In this document: in pieces, positions 1-9,160 of the stretch | How positions within the stretch are numbered: the first letter of the stretch is position 1 | How the letters are laid out: each line of letters starts with the position of its first letter | Notes under the pieces: generated by a model | Databases searched by the model: none | Told to the model about the DNA's origin: nothing | Seen by the model: the letters and a program-made list of their open reading frames with translations, nothing else | Position numbers and translations under genes: made by a program | Virus record (IMG/VR): IMGVR_UViG_3300044640_002305 | Origin: an uncultured virus (IMG/VR IMGVR_UViG_3300044640_002305) | Lineage: Duplodnaviria > Heunggongvirae > Uroviricota > Caudoviricetes | DNA length: 64,000 bases | Direction: 5' to 3' (one strand)

Positions 1-1260
1 TGAATCACAATGTATTCGATTATAAGATATTGTATCAGTTTTGGTGACAACACCGTAATACCCTTGTACAAATATTCTTGAATTATCACCACATGACTCA
101 ATAGCGTCTCGTAAATCTTCTTTTACTTCTATTTTATATTTTTTATGTAATTCAACCATTTCAAATGGGATTGTAACAGGTACATCATTTAGCCACTCCC
201 ATTCTGGGTCAGTAGATTCTTTCACTAATTCAGGATTTTGATAATCTTCAAAAACCTTTTTAACTTGATTTAAATTGGTATATAATTCATATTCATTGTT
301 AAATGTGTCACCATCTTCTAACCATTCAAAAATTGACCTGTCAGCTACATCATAACCCCAATAACCAACGGACAATAAACTGGGTTTGTTTTTTTCTACA
401 AAAAATGAGACTGATATTACAGCATTAGAAGGGTTATAGTCACTACCCTCTAATTCATCCCTACTATTTTCTAAACCACTATGTAAATTTTCTCTTACAT
501 TACCTCTAGGTAATTCACCACCATTATAAGTTTCTATAATATCACAAAATTCATCAATTTCATCATGGTCACGAAGATAAACCACACCTTGTGGATGTCC
601 ATTATAATTTGGTTGTACCCCAGTATTTTTAGCCCAATCAAAATCGTCACCAAATTCTATTTCATCTTCTTCTGACATTGTATCTTCTGATGATTTTGAG
701 ACACCACCTCCATCACCTTGTACCCATTGGCTTTTTGCTGTATCGGTTGTCCAATTGTTAGTGTCAGGGCCATAATAGTTATCAGTACCCCAATTAGGGT
801 CTTTATCCCAATTAATTGTGTCTTTATCAGACCAATTTAAACTTTCTTTTAAATTTTGTTCTTCTTTGATTTTGATGTACTCATACACTTCTCTACCGTC
901 AATATAAATACTATTATTTTTTTCTTCGTCATCATCAAAAGAAAACTCCATAAAACATACATAATTTTCTGTGGGATAATAATCATTATCTTCACTACCG
1001 CAATGAATGACAACACCATCATAATCTCCTAAATTTTTAAACTTAGTTTTTCGTAACCCACTAATGTTTGGTAAACATTTTAAAATGTAATCAGCAACAA
1101 CACTAATTTCATCTTTAGTCATTTTAGTTAAATCGACCCAATATTCGTGTTTACCATCAAACTCAAAATTCCAATTTTTAAAGGTCGGTTCGATTTCATT
1201 AAACCAATTACCTAACTCATCAGAATTTTCTTTTAATATCTTTCTAATTCTATTTCGCAT
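1..1260 (-). CDS. Hypothetical (putative head-internal) protein, runs off the window edge
   Basis: Not in the ORF track. ATG at 1258-1260 gives MRNRIRKILKENSDELGNWF...; no stop in the parts of the frame I translated. IRKILKE leader and repeated acidic-W motifs (DDFDW, EWEW). Confidence 0.75.
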   Translation of the reverse strand, partial: MRNRIRKILKENSDELGNWFNEIEPTFKNWNFEFDGKHEYWVDLTKMTKDEISVVADYILKCLPNISGLRKTKFKNLGDYDGVVIHCGSEDNDYYPTENYVCFMEFSFDDDEEKNNSIYIDGREVYEYIKIKEEQNLKESLNWSDKDTINWDKDPNWGTDNYYGPDTNNWTTDTAKSQWVQGDGGGVSKSSEDTMSEEDEIEFGDDFDWAKNTGVQPNYNGHPQGVVYLRDHDEIDEFCDIIETYNGGELPRGNVRENLHSGLENSRDELEGSDYNPSNAVISVSFFVEKNKPSLLSVGYWGYDVADRSIFEWLEDGDTFNNEYELYTNLNQVKKVFEDYQNPELVKESTDPEWEWLNDVPVTIPFEMVELHKKYKIEVKEDLRDAIESCGDNSRIFVQGYYGVVTKTDTISYNRIHCDS

Positions 1261-1571
1261 TTCCACTGACCCTCGTCATTTTTGTCACCACTTTTCTTAT
1301 GTTTTTTACGAATAATCAATCTCATTAAATTAACTATTTTGTTAAAATAAATAAATTCCGCTGATTCAGGATTTATTTCATAAGTTTTATTAAAGTGGTT
1401 TATTAGTTTAACAGCATTAATTAAATCCTCCCTATTTTTAACAGAAAGAACTAATTTTTTTAATCTATTAAAAGCCTCATCTTTTGATTCAGTTTTTTTA
1501 AATTTAAAAAATCCCAATAACAATAAAAATCTATTGAAAAGGTTATTTTGCACGTTAAATTCATTTAACAA
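1233..1571 (-). CDS. Hypothetical protein
   Basis: 112-aa ORF in the operon direction; true start may be GTG at 1553. Confidence 0.55.
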   Translation of the reverse strand: MLNEFNVQNNLFNRFLLLLGFFKFKKTESKDEAFNRLKKLVLSVKNREDLINAVKLINHFNKTYEINPESAEFIYFNKIVNLMRLIIRKKHKKSGDKNDEGQWKCEIELERY

Positions 1572-1590
1572 TAAATATCGGCAAAATTAA

Positions 1591-2016
1591 TTAAATAAAC
1601 TTATGTGGGGATATTTCTATTTTAAAACCAATGGAACTTTCAAAAATATTTTTTAGACTCCAAGAACCATCGTCATAAACTTTAGGTTCGAATGTTTCGT
1701 ATTGGGAATCGAAATAAAAAAGATGACCGATTGGTCGGCCTAATGGTTGTACGGTTATTAAATCTTGAGCAAGAAGAGTATTAATAATTTCTCTATCAAT
1801 ACTTCTAGCCCATTCCTCAGATAATAACCTCGTTAATTCAGCCTCAGCGTCTATCCCGTGGTATGCTTGTAAATCTTGTGCTAATTCGGGTGACCATGTT
1901 GCACGTATTGTTCTTGCACCCGCATTAACAGTGTAAGAATTAAAATTAAAATTTATTGAATTGTCAAAATTAAATTTAGGTATTTTGCGTATCGGCTCCA
2001 AGTGTAACTCTCCCAT
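1591..2016 (-). CDS. Small protein built from gp23-like major capsid protein fragments
   Basis: RTIRATWSPELAQDLQAYHGIDAEAELT..IDREII and LITVQPLGRPIGHLFYFD match conserved T4-type capsid motifs; only 141 aa. Confidence 0.8.
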   Translation of the reverse strand: MGELHLEPIRKIPKFNFDNSINFNFNSYTVNAGARTIRATWSPELAQDLQAYHGIDAEAELTRLLSEEWARSIDREIINTLLAQDLITVQPLGRPIGHLFYFDSQYETFEPKVYDDGSWSLKNIFESSIGFKIEISPHKFI

Positions 2017-2212
2017 AAAAATTGTTATTCACGATTTTTCGTGCATACCTTGAAGCAATCCCTTGCCTAGGTCTAAAATCTTCTTCTATAAACATAGGTA
2101 AATATGGTGCGTAGATATAATCAGTCTCTATAATAGTATTACCCTTATATCCTAAGATTTCATTTATACCATATAAAAAACTATGTATTTTTAAAAGTTT
2201 TTTTGGTTCCAT
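1976..2212 (-). CDS. Small protein with a gp23-like capsid C-terminal fragment
   Basis: GYKG..ET.YIYAPYLP..F.PR.GI.SRYARK.V...FYGRV resembles the C-terminus of T4-type capsid proteins. Confidence 0.78.
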   Translation of the reverse strand: MEPKKLLKIHSFLYGINEILGYKGNTIIETDYIYAPYLPMFIEEDFRPRQGIASRYARKIVNNNFYGRVTLGADTQNT

Positions 2213-2215
2213 TTA

Positions 2216-3121
2216 TTAGATTTCATCACCATTTTTATCGAATTTTAATTCGTTATTATCTATATCAAACATAATAATACCATAATCGGTAGGTGAAGCA
2301 GTAAAGTCAATCTTTCCATATTTTTTTAATCCTCTAGATTCTTTTGCCTGAATCTCATTACTCTTAACTTGTATCGTATAAACCTCACCACCAGAATTCA
2401 CTATAAGGTCTACACCAAAAATCATATCAACAAAGTCCCCATCACCCCCCTGATACACTGTATCTATTTGAGCCTTTGTTAAAATGTTTTTAACATCGTT
2501 TTCAGCTTTTTCACCTATTTTTGATAAGTGTTTTGTATTTCTTACGAAAGATTTAAACTCATCTAATTTTATATACTTATCTATAACTCTTTCTAACTTA
2601 TCTTTAATAGATATAAGATACTTCCTTAATCCTAAAGCGTTTTTATCTTTTAGGGTACCTACCATATTACCTCTGATAAATAATTCTGTTAATAGTTCAG
2701 CTAAATCAGAATAATTTGTGTTTAATTTATTAATAGAATCCCATTTACCATTATCATCATAAACTCTATTAACAGATTTCATGGCCTCATTTTGATAGTA
2801 GTCATTTTCTTTTGAGATATAATCATATCTACCTGATTGATTGTATTTACCTGTTTCCCATAAAATAGCTAGTGGTTCTTGGTATTGATTGTTTAAATCA
2901 ACAAGTTTTTTCATTTGGTTGGTTTTAAAATCAATGATTCTTTGTAAACCTAAACCATCCTCTGAATATAAAAATTTACCAAGAGAATTTAAATTTGAAC
3001 ATAGGTTCTGCTGGTCCTCATCTTTAAAATGGGAACATATTTTATAACTGGTGTCTTCGTAATCATCGAACAATGATAATTGTTCTTCTCTTAATACTTT
3101 TCTAATAGTTTTTTTCATCAA
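2216..3121 (-). CDS. Putative PD-(D/E)XK nuclease-domain protein with IRKVLREE leader
   Basis: C-terminal GEKAE...D..GVDLIV...IQVKS pattern. Confidence 0.55.
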   Translation of the reverse strand: MMKKTIRKVLREEQLSLFDDYEDTSYKICSHFKDEDQQNLCSNLNSLGKFLYSEDGLGLQRIIDFKTNQMKKLVDLNNQYQEPLAILWETGKYNQSGRYDYISKENDYYQNEAMKSVNRVYDDNGKWDSINKLNTNYSDLAELLTELFIRGNMVGTLKDKNALGLRKYLISIKDKLERVIDKYIKLDEFKSFVRNTKHLSKIGEKAENDVKNILTKAQIDTVYQGGDGDFVDMIFGVDLIVNSGGEVYTIQVKSNEIQAKESRGLKKYGKIDFTASPTDYGIIMFDIDNNELKFDKNGDEI

Positions 3122-3132
3122 TAATAAATATC

Positions 3133-3927
3133 CTAAGATTTCTTTAACTTTTTATGTGCATTAACATTGTTTTGATTATATTCAACAACACTTAAATTCA
3201 TTTCAGGTTTACTCGTTAATAAAACATAATCACCTTTACCTTTTTGTTCTTTCCATAACAGGTCAACTTCTTTTGGGTATATTTTGTTCCATACTACCGT
3301 AGATTCTCTTCTTAAAAGTTCTTTTGATTTTTTATTCAGGGGGTATATATATCTAAATTGTTTTCCTCTAATTCTACGAATACCTTTTATTTTTATAAAA
3401 TCAGGGGTCATCCAAAATAATTTTTCTTTACCCGAAAATTCAGCATTTTCTTTCAATAAAGCTTTTGAACTTCTTGGGTGTATTTTCTCCCCTAAAGGTG
3501 ATATGTAGATATCGGTCCAAATAAAATTACCATAATAAAAATTAGACCCTTGGTACACATACCCAACTTTACCCACAATTCCATCTGCCCATGTATAAAG
3601 AAATTTCTTTTCAGGTAAATTAGTTTTCATCCATCTAACTACTTGAGCTAACATCTGTGACTCTGAATTTCTAGGCATAGAATCATCCATACACATCTTA
3701 CCAATTTCGTAATAATCCTCTGATTTTAAGTTCGGGAATAACTTTTTAATTGTTTGTAAGGGTTGTGTCCCCCACCCCAATGTAACAACACCAACTAACT
3801 CATTGTTTAAAAAACAACCTAACCAATGTTTGGTTAATTTAGGCATTACTTTTGAATAGTGTCTTTCTTGTACAAATTCTATAGCAAGAGTTTTATCTAT
3901 CTCTTTAATTTCAAAAAAATATTTCAT
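3133..3927 (-). CDS. Mom-like (GNAT-fold) DNA modification protein
   Basis: HYS, PRNSES, TWAD..G..GYVYQGSNFYY motifs typical of the Mom family. Confidence 0.75.
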   Translation of the reverse strand: MKYFFEIKEIDKTLAIEFVQERHYSKVMPKLTKHWLGCFLNNELVGVVTLGWGTQPLQTIKKLFPNLKSEDYYEIGKMCMDDSMPRNSESQMLAQVVRWMKTNLPEKKFLYTWADGIVGKVGYVYQGSNFYYGNFIWTDIYISPLGEKIHPRSSKALLKENAEFSGKEKLFWMTPDFIKIKGIRRIRGKQFRYIYPLNKKSKELLRRESTVVWNKIYPKEVDLLWKEQKGKGDYVLLTSKPEMNLSVVEYNQNNVNAHKKLKKS

Positions 3928-3928
3928 T

Positions 3929-4660
3929 TTAAAAAGCTAATTCAGTTATTTCATCACATTTGGGGCAAGAATACCATTTTTTAAATCTATTGTCGTAAAT
4001 TTGTTTTTTACCGGCACAACAATCATATTCATTTGTATCACCTTTTTGTGGTCTCATTTCTTCAATATATAAGCACTTTAAAGATTTATCAATAATATAA
4101 GCATATCTATGTTTCCTTGTTCTAGGAATCCAAACACCTTGGACTTCTTTTGTTGAACCTCTAGGGTTAACCTTACCATCCCATCTAAAAAAATCTGATT
4201 TCTTATCTGTTAAGCCGTAATAGGTGAAGTTACAGACCTGATATATACTACCGCTATGTCTACTATCATCCGCTAATGTTATAACTGCCTTAACACCTTC
4301 TTTTTTTAGTAATCTAATACTACCACCTAATAGGTATGAAGTTAGGTTTGTACCATTTAATTCAGGTAAAACACAAAGTCTACTAAGTTCTAAAACCGTT
4401 TGGTTATCATTGGATAAACCAAACCAACCCTTTAAAGCTACATTACCTTGTGGATTAGAGAAAGTAGCAACACCAATGATATCTTCAGTCTCCCTATCAA
4501 TTACAGCATAAGAAAATTTAGCAAAAAATTTAGCTTCACCCAAGTAGTGATAAGTTTTAACAAAATCGTAAGCCTCTTTTTTGGTAACTTCTTTTAAATA
4601 GAAAATATCTTTAGCCTTAAGCTCTCGGTTGATAAACTTCTGAACTGTTTGTTTGTTCAT
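3929..4660 (-). CDS. Mom-like (GNAT-fold) DNA modification protein with C-terminal Cys cluster
   Basis: HYL, LELSRLC, TLADDSRHSGSIYQVCNFTYYG; C-terminal CC..CPKC. Confidence 0.78.
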   Translation of the reverse strand: MNKQTVQKFINRELKAKDIFYLKEVTKKEAYDFVKTYHYLGEAKFFAKFSYAVIDRETEDIIGVATFSNPQGNVALKGWFGLSNDNQTVLELSRLCVLPELNGTNLTSYLLGGSIRLLKKEGVKAVITLADDSRHSGSIYQVCNFTYYGLTDKKSDFFRWDGKVNPRGSTKEVQGVWIPRTRKHRYAYIIDKSLKCLYIEEMRPQKGDTNEYDCCAGKKQIYDNRFKKWYSCPKCDEITELAF

Positions 4661-4841
4661 ATAAATTATTATTAATTAAAACCTTTTTTTCTTTTTCAAA
4701 AGCAATTTCATAAATTTGGCGGAGTTCCACGTATTTATAATCGCCACTACCAACCATTTTAGATACTGTGTCGTACATTTTATTTTGAATACCCAATTCA
4801 AAAGCCTCAAAAAATATCTCTTCTATTCTAGTCATTTCCAA
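4617..4841 (-). CDS. Hypothetical protein
   Basis: 74-aa ORF in the operon direction. Confidence 0.55.
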   Translation of the reverse strand: MEMTRIEEIFFEAFELGIQNKMYDTVSKMVGSGDYKYVELRQIYEIAFEKEKKVLINNNLYEQTNSSEVYQPRA

Positions 4842-4896
4842 TAATTTAATATTAAATAAATATAATAAAACCGTTAATTATTAAGTATAGTAAAAT

Positions 4897-4921
4897 AAAA
4901 AAAGGGAGACAAGCTCCCTTT
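4897..4921 (-). terminator. Intrinsic terminator closing the DUF2828/ncRNA unit
   Basis: Minus strand AAAGGGAG-CTTGT-CTCCCTTT followed by a U tract. Confidence 0.85.
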
Positions 4922-4929
4922 AAAAAATT

Positions 4930-5252
4930 AGGTGTCGGAATGGTGGTCCTTTTGTTATTTTCGGTGGCTGAGTAACCACCCCAATATTATTAACCCATTT
5001 TGGTTCGGGTGTCTTTTATTTGATTGAGACAAATCCAACTACCATTTTTACTTGTGATAATCAAGAGGTATGTTTTACGACCTCAAGTGTGAGATTTTCC
5101 CACGTTTAAACTCTCCTATGGTCGCCAATTTATAATTTAATTTGGGGTAAATCGGTAAAACCCCTCGTCGTTCTTACAAGTTTCTAGAAGAATTTGCAGA
5201 AACCATTCGTTTATTGGGTCTTATAGTCTCGTTTGACGTACCCATTACACCT
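4930..5252 (-). ncRNA. Structured ncRNA 2 (Y-RNA-like architecture, multi-hairpin)
   Basis: Ends pair (AGGUGU/ACACCU; GAAUGGU/ACCAUUC). Several internal hairpins have G-U pairs valid only on the minus strand. Carries the motif GAAUGGUUUCUGCAAA. No ORF in the track. Confidence 0.7.
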
Positions 5253-5263
5253 TTTTAATAATT

Positions 5264-5421
5264 TTGTGGTAACAGAATCGTTTGACTCTTTTGTCTAACT
5301 CTGAGTGGTCCCCGGCTTTCACCTTTACACCCTTGTGGTTAGACGGGTTATCAAAGCCCTCTCTTATGTAGCTATAAATTTAAGATTTTAATTTTGCTGC
5401 AATTATTCCTCAATACCACAA
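5264..5421 (-). ncRNA. Structured ncRNA 1 (Y-RNA-like architecture)
   Basis: Ends pair (UUGUGGUA/UACCACAA; GGAAU/AUUCU). Internal GUCUAAC/GUUAGAC stem and GGU-GAAA-GCC tetraloop. Carries the motif GAAUAAUUGCAGCAAA. Confidence 0.72.
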
Positions 5422-5425
5422 TATT

Positions 5426-6868
5426 TTAAAGAATCCAAACCTTTACAGGTTCATATCTTTCTGAATGTACGGTTTCATTCATAATATTAACAGGTGTTAA
5501 ACTGTTAGGATTATTCAGAACCGATTTCAAGATTGATGGACTGAAACCACTAATTAAAGCAGTTCCAACCTCATCAAATCTTGCTGGGAAATTACCCCCG
5601 TTGGAATGTAGGTTCCAGAAAATAATTCCAGGTTTTACATAACCAGCGTTAGTGTACATTTCATCAATCATCGACATAGCCGAGGGATTCCAATCAGATT
5701 CATTTCCCCAACCACTACTAGTAGCGGAATCAAACTCCATATCGGATAGGATAAGAATCTTTGTTGGCATCTCTTCCTGTGGAACACCAAATTTAACTGC
5801 TTGATTCAAGATAGTCTTGAACGCTGCTTCTAAATTAGTTGACATACCCCATTTAGCTCTAGCTAATTGATTGTAACGGTCACTAAGTGGACCCATCAAT
5901 TTTTGAATTTCGGGATTTGAAGAAAATGTCATAAACATATCTTTAAATGCTCCCTCATTTCTTTCAGAGATGTACATACCCAAAGAAATAGCCACCTCCA
6001 TACATGTAAGGTTTGGATTACCTCCTACCGAACAATCCATTGAACCTGAAACGTCAACCAAAGGTAGGACAAGTTCTGTTGAACCTTCCATATAATTTGG
6101 TAGGGCTTTCCATTGTTCATTAGCCAAATCTTTATTACCGAATCTAAGATTCTTGGTAACATCGTAAGGATACAAAGCTCCGGCGTTAACTTTAGTTTCA
6201 CCTTTTTGAAGGGCTTCAATAAATTGACCAAATCTTTCTTGGTCGTTTCTGCCAAAAGCTTTTGTATACCTTGACATAGCCAAAGATGGTGTCTTTGAAT
6301 ACTCAATCTCTGCCCAACTTTTCGAACACATTTTTTGTTCTACCGTGTTTGACAAAGACACAAGTAATTTTCTAAGGGATTTTGGGTCCAACTTAAGTGC
6401 TTTACGTACTTTATTAAATACCAAACCTTTACGGGGCATCCATTTAGCACATAAACCATTACCACTTTTTAAACCTTCTACAAGAAGTGTGATGGCGTCA
6501 TTTTCCAATTCAGTTCCGAAAAGGATATGAACGTCATCCCATCTCCCGTATTCAGGAATTAAGTTAAGATTAACTTTAACTACTTTTGAGTAGTTATCAA
6601 CTAGGTAAGATAAAATATCTCTAAAGATTTTTCTCTCACCAGCACCACCTCTAACATCTCTTGCCCAAAAAAGGATTCTTAATGCTGTAGTTGGTTCTTC
6701 ACTGAAAGCCTTTGAGAAAAGTTTTACAACACTCTCAGAACTTTTACCTCTCATTGCTCCAATGGAGAAGAAAAGGTTAACACACTCATTAAGAGAAGAT
6801 GAATTAGTTTCCATCCCGTTCTTAGTGGTTGTGTTTTCAGTTTGTAATGCTTCAGTTAATCTTGACAT
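5426..6868 (-). CDS. DUF2828-family Ro60/TROVE-like protein with C-terminal vWA domain
   Basis: T.NG..T.SS N-terminus, ARDVRGGAGER, YGRWDD, AKW.PR, MIDAS DVSGSM, SDMEFD, IIFWNL, SGFSP. Confidence 0.85.
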   Translation of the reverse strand: MSRLTEALQTENTTTKNGMETNSSSLNECVNLFFSIGAMRGKSSESVVKLFSKAFSEEPTTALRILFWARDVRGGAGERKIFRDILSYLVDNYSKVVKVNLNLIPEYGRWDDVHILFGTELENDAITLLVEGLKSGNGLCAKWMPRKGLVFNKVRKALKLDPKSLRKLLVSLSNTVEQKMCSKSWAEIEYSKTPSLAMSRYTKAFGRNDQERFGQFIEALQKGETKVNAGALYPYDVTKNLRFGNKDLANEQWKALPNYMEGSTELVLPLVDVSGSMDCSVGGNPNLTCMEVAISLGMYISERNEGAFKDMFMTFSSNPEIQKLMGPLSDRYNQLARAKWGMSTNLEAAFKTILNQAVKFGVPQEEMPTKILILSDMEFDSATSSGWGNESDWNPSAMSMIDEMYTNAGYVKPGIIFWNLHSNGGNFPARFDEVGTALISGFSPSILKSVLNNPNSLTPVNIMNETVHSERYEPVKVWIL

Positions 6869-6916
6869 AATTTCTATTTTTTTAATTAGGTTTCTTTAAA
6901 ACAGTTATAAATTATA

Positions 6917-7255
6917 CTATTTATTTTCTGATTTGTCAATAGGTTTTTTTGTATATTTTCTAATTAATTTAAAAATCTCCGTAATGTCTGTAAACTCGGA
7001 TGGTGGACTATCCATTCTACTAGGAAGAAACATCACAGTAAACCCGTGATTAGCATAAAATGTTTCAGTAACTCTAACACCATTGATTTTACCAAGATAA
7101 ACCCAAGGAAAATTTCCTGATAGTTTTACATCAATTCCTATTTTTTTAAGTCGTTCAACAAACACTCCGAGTTTATCTGTACTTATTTTTGTACTAGTTT
7201 CTGTTTCCATTTCTATATATGTTCCAAATTTAGTTTTTACTTCCATAACATTCAA
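6917..7255 (-). CDS. Hypothetical phage protein
   Basis: 112-aa ORF with GNFPWVYL and NHGFT motifs. Confidence 0.65.
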   Translation of the reverse strand: MNVMEVKTKFGTYIEMETETSTKISTDKLGVFVERLKKIGIDVKLSGNFPWVYLGKINGVRVTETFYANHGFTVMFLPSRMDSPPSEFTDITEIFKLIRKYTKKPIDKSENK

Positions 7256-7403
7256 GTTTTTTATCCGTCACATTCCACAAATCTTTTTTTCCTTCCGTCA
7301 TGTGACAATTGTGTTTCTTTCCCGTTTTTTCACCGAACTCCACAATCATATCATTATGACGATTACGGATAAAGTGAGGACATTCTTTACAGGGTTTTTT
7401 CAT
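7230..7403 (-). CDS. Small Cys/His (putative Zn-binding) protein, 57 aa
   Basis: Hand translation: MKKPCKECPHFIRNRHNDMIVEFGEKTGKKHNCHMTEGKKDLWNVTDKKLECYGSKN*; TATCTTTG element just upstream. Confidence 0.7.
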   Translation of the reverse strand: MKKPCKECPHFIRNRHNDMIVEFGEKTGKKHNCHMTEGKKDLWNVTDKKLECYGSKN

Positions 7404-7407
7404 AACA

Positions 7408-7415
7408 CAAAGATA
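7408..7415 (-). promoter_or_regulatory. Bacteroidota-type -7 promoter element TATCTTTG
   Basis: Matches TAnnTTTG a few bases upstream of the ATG at 7403. Confidence 0.55.
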
Positions 7416-7473
7416 AAAAAAAATCCCACATGATTAACATATAGGATTATTTTTTTTATGATTTTTTTAAAAA

Positions 7474-7887
7474 TTACGCTACTTCAACAATTTCCAATTC
7501 AAAAATCAATTTTCTACCAGCCAATGGGTGATTAGCATCGATGGTAACAGTTTCTTCGTTTACATCAGTAACAACAACAGGAATTGGCCCCGCTTCTGTT
7601 TGTGCTTCCAACATTTGACCTGCTTGTACTCCTTCAGGTACTCTATCAAGAGGTACTTGGTTAACTAGTTCTTCGTTATATGGTCCATAAGCTTGCTCTG
7701 GTTCTAATTCAACAGTTTTTTTATCACCTGCCGACAACCCCATAACACCTTGTTCAAAACCAAGAATCAAATTACCCTCACCAACAACGAATTCGATTGG
7801 GTCTTTACCTGTAGATGAATCGAAAACATTATTATCTTCAAATTTACCTGTGTAATGTACTTTTACTTTACTTCCTTCTTTAATCAT
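7474..7887 (-). CDS. slyD: FKBP-type peptidyl-prolyl isomerase (SlyD-like)
   Basis: VKVHYTG..FDSS, PEQAYG, DANHPLAG..L.FE motifs; lacks the His-rich tail. Confidence 0.92.
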   Translation of the reverse strand: MIKEGSKVKVHYTGKFEDNNVFDSSTGKDPIEFVVGEGNLILGFEQGVMGLSAGDKKTVELEPEQAYGPYNEELVNQVPLDRVPEGVQAGQMLEAQTEAGPIPVVVTDVNEETVTIDANHPLAGRKLIFELEIVEVA

Positions 7888-7937
7888 TTTAACAATATTT
7901 TATTTTTATTATATATTAAATCTACTATTAAAAAAAC

Positions 7938-9137
7938 TTATTGTAAAGTACCTTCATTGTTTTCTTGTAAAATTAATGCACCAACTCGGTACATTTTTTT
8001 CTTCCATGTTTCAGCTTTTTTATGAAAACGTTTTTCAAAGAATTTAAAAAATACGTAAGGGTCTTCTTTAGCTTTTTGTGGAACTTTATCCATACTAATA
8101 TTTACCCCAACAGATTGAATTCCTTTTACACCGTTCTCTAATACAGTATCCCAAAGGTTTATTAAAGATTTTATAGCACTATCCTTGGAACTTGTGTCTA
8201 CTCCCATAGACTTAAGTTGTGTATCTCTCATTAATTTATGTAACATATATAATGGATTACGTTTACTACCAGCTGACGGTAATTGGAAACTTTTTAAATA
8301 TTCTTCAGCGTTAAAATCTTCCAACATCTTCATTTGACGCCAAACCTCTGATTTATGTAATTCTCTTACAAAATCATCAGTTGTTTTAATGTCCTTATTT
8401 TTTAATTTATAATATAACTGTTCAATTCTAGCGTTAATCTCAAAAGATAAGTGTAGGTATACTAAATTAAGAAAATCACGCCACCAATCAATACCTATTT
8501 CCCTAAAATAATGGTTATTAGCCACAGCATTTAGAGCGGTTTCTTTACCAAAATGTACATCTTTACCAGCCTTTAATTGTTTACATTTTTGATAAACGTG
8601 TAAAAGTTCGTGAGCTATAGTTTCTCTTAATTCATTAACATCTTTAGTAGACATACCTTCTTTTTCAATAATTACATTAAAATCTAGGTATAGTTTTGAT
8701 AAAACCATATGTTTACCTAGTTTACTTAGTTTTTGGGTTATCTCACCACCTACAGAGGCTTGTATTGTCCCATCCTCTTGTTTTAACACTATCGAAGGTA
8801 TTCCTACAACATTAAAAGTTATCCTAGGTTTCCATATTGGCAATGATTGAAACATTTTTGAATTTAGGAAATCTTTCATATCACTAAAACCATTGTCTTT
8901 CATAACAAAATCCATTACCTCACCACCAGATATTTCAACATCATTTGATTTATTAGCAAAATCTTCTATTTCTTCTCCTGTGTTTGGGTCTGTGTAGTTA
9001 AATCTACCTTCTTCGGCCCAACCACCTCTTATTTCAGATTTAATCTCATCCAATAGTAATTTTGTTAAAGATTCAACCCATGGGTCCAAATCTTTAGGGA
9101 CACCCATTATCTCGTTAAGTAATTCTACTTTTTTCAT
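7938..9137 (-). CDS. Putative zincin metallopeptidase-motif protein
   Basis: IAHELLHVYQ (HExxH) plus downstream EINA. Confidence 0.55.
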   Translation of the reverse strand: MKKVELLNEIMGVPKDLDPWVESLTKLLLDEIKSEIRGGWAEEGRFNYTDPNTGEEIEDFANKSNDVEISGGEVMDFVMKDNGFSDMKDFLNSKMFQSLPIWKPRITFNVVGIPSIVLKQEDGTIQASVGGEITQKLSKLGKHMVLSKLYLDFNVIIEKEGMSTKDVNELRETIAHELLHVYQKCKQLKAGKDVHFGKETALNAVANNHYFREIGIDWWRDFLNLVYLHLSFEINARIEQLYYKLKNKDIKTTDDFVRELHKSEVWRQMKMLEDFNAEEYLKSFQLPSAGSKRNPLYMLHKLMRDTQLKSMGVDTSSKDSAIKSLINLWDTVLENGVKGIQSVGVNISMDKVPQKAKEDPYVFFKFFEKRFHKKAETWKKKMYRVGALILQENNEGTLQ

Positions 9138-9160
9138 TAAAGTTTTATTATAAATATCCT

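Noticed and set aside
1591..2212. Frameshifted or pseudogenised major capsid gene
   Set aside because: Fragments are in non-native order, each ORF has its own start, stop and tag, and most of the capsid sequence is absent.
4930..5421. tRNA genes or a CRISPR array in the intergenic gap
   Set aside because: No cloverleaf with a canonical T-loop, and only two imperfect copies of a 16-nt motif rather than regularly spaced repeats.
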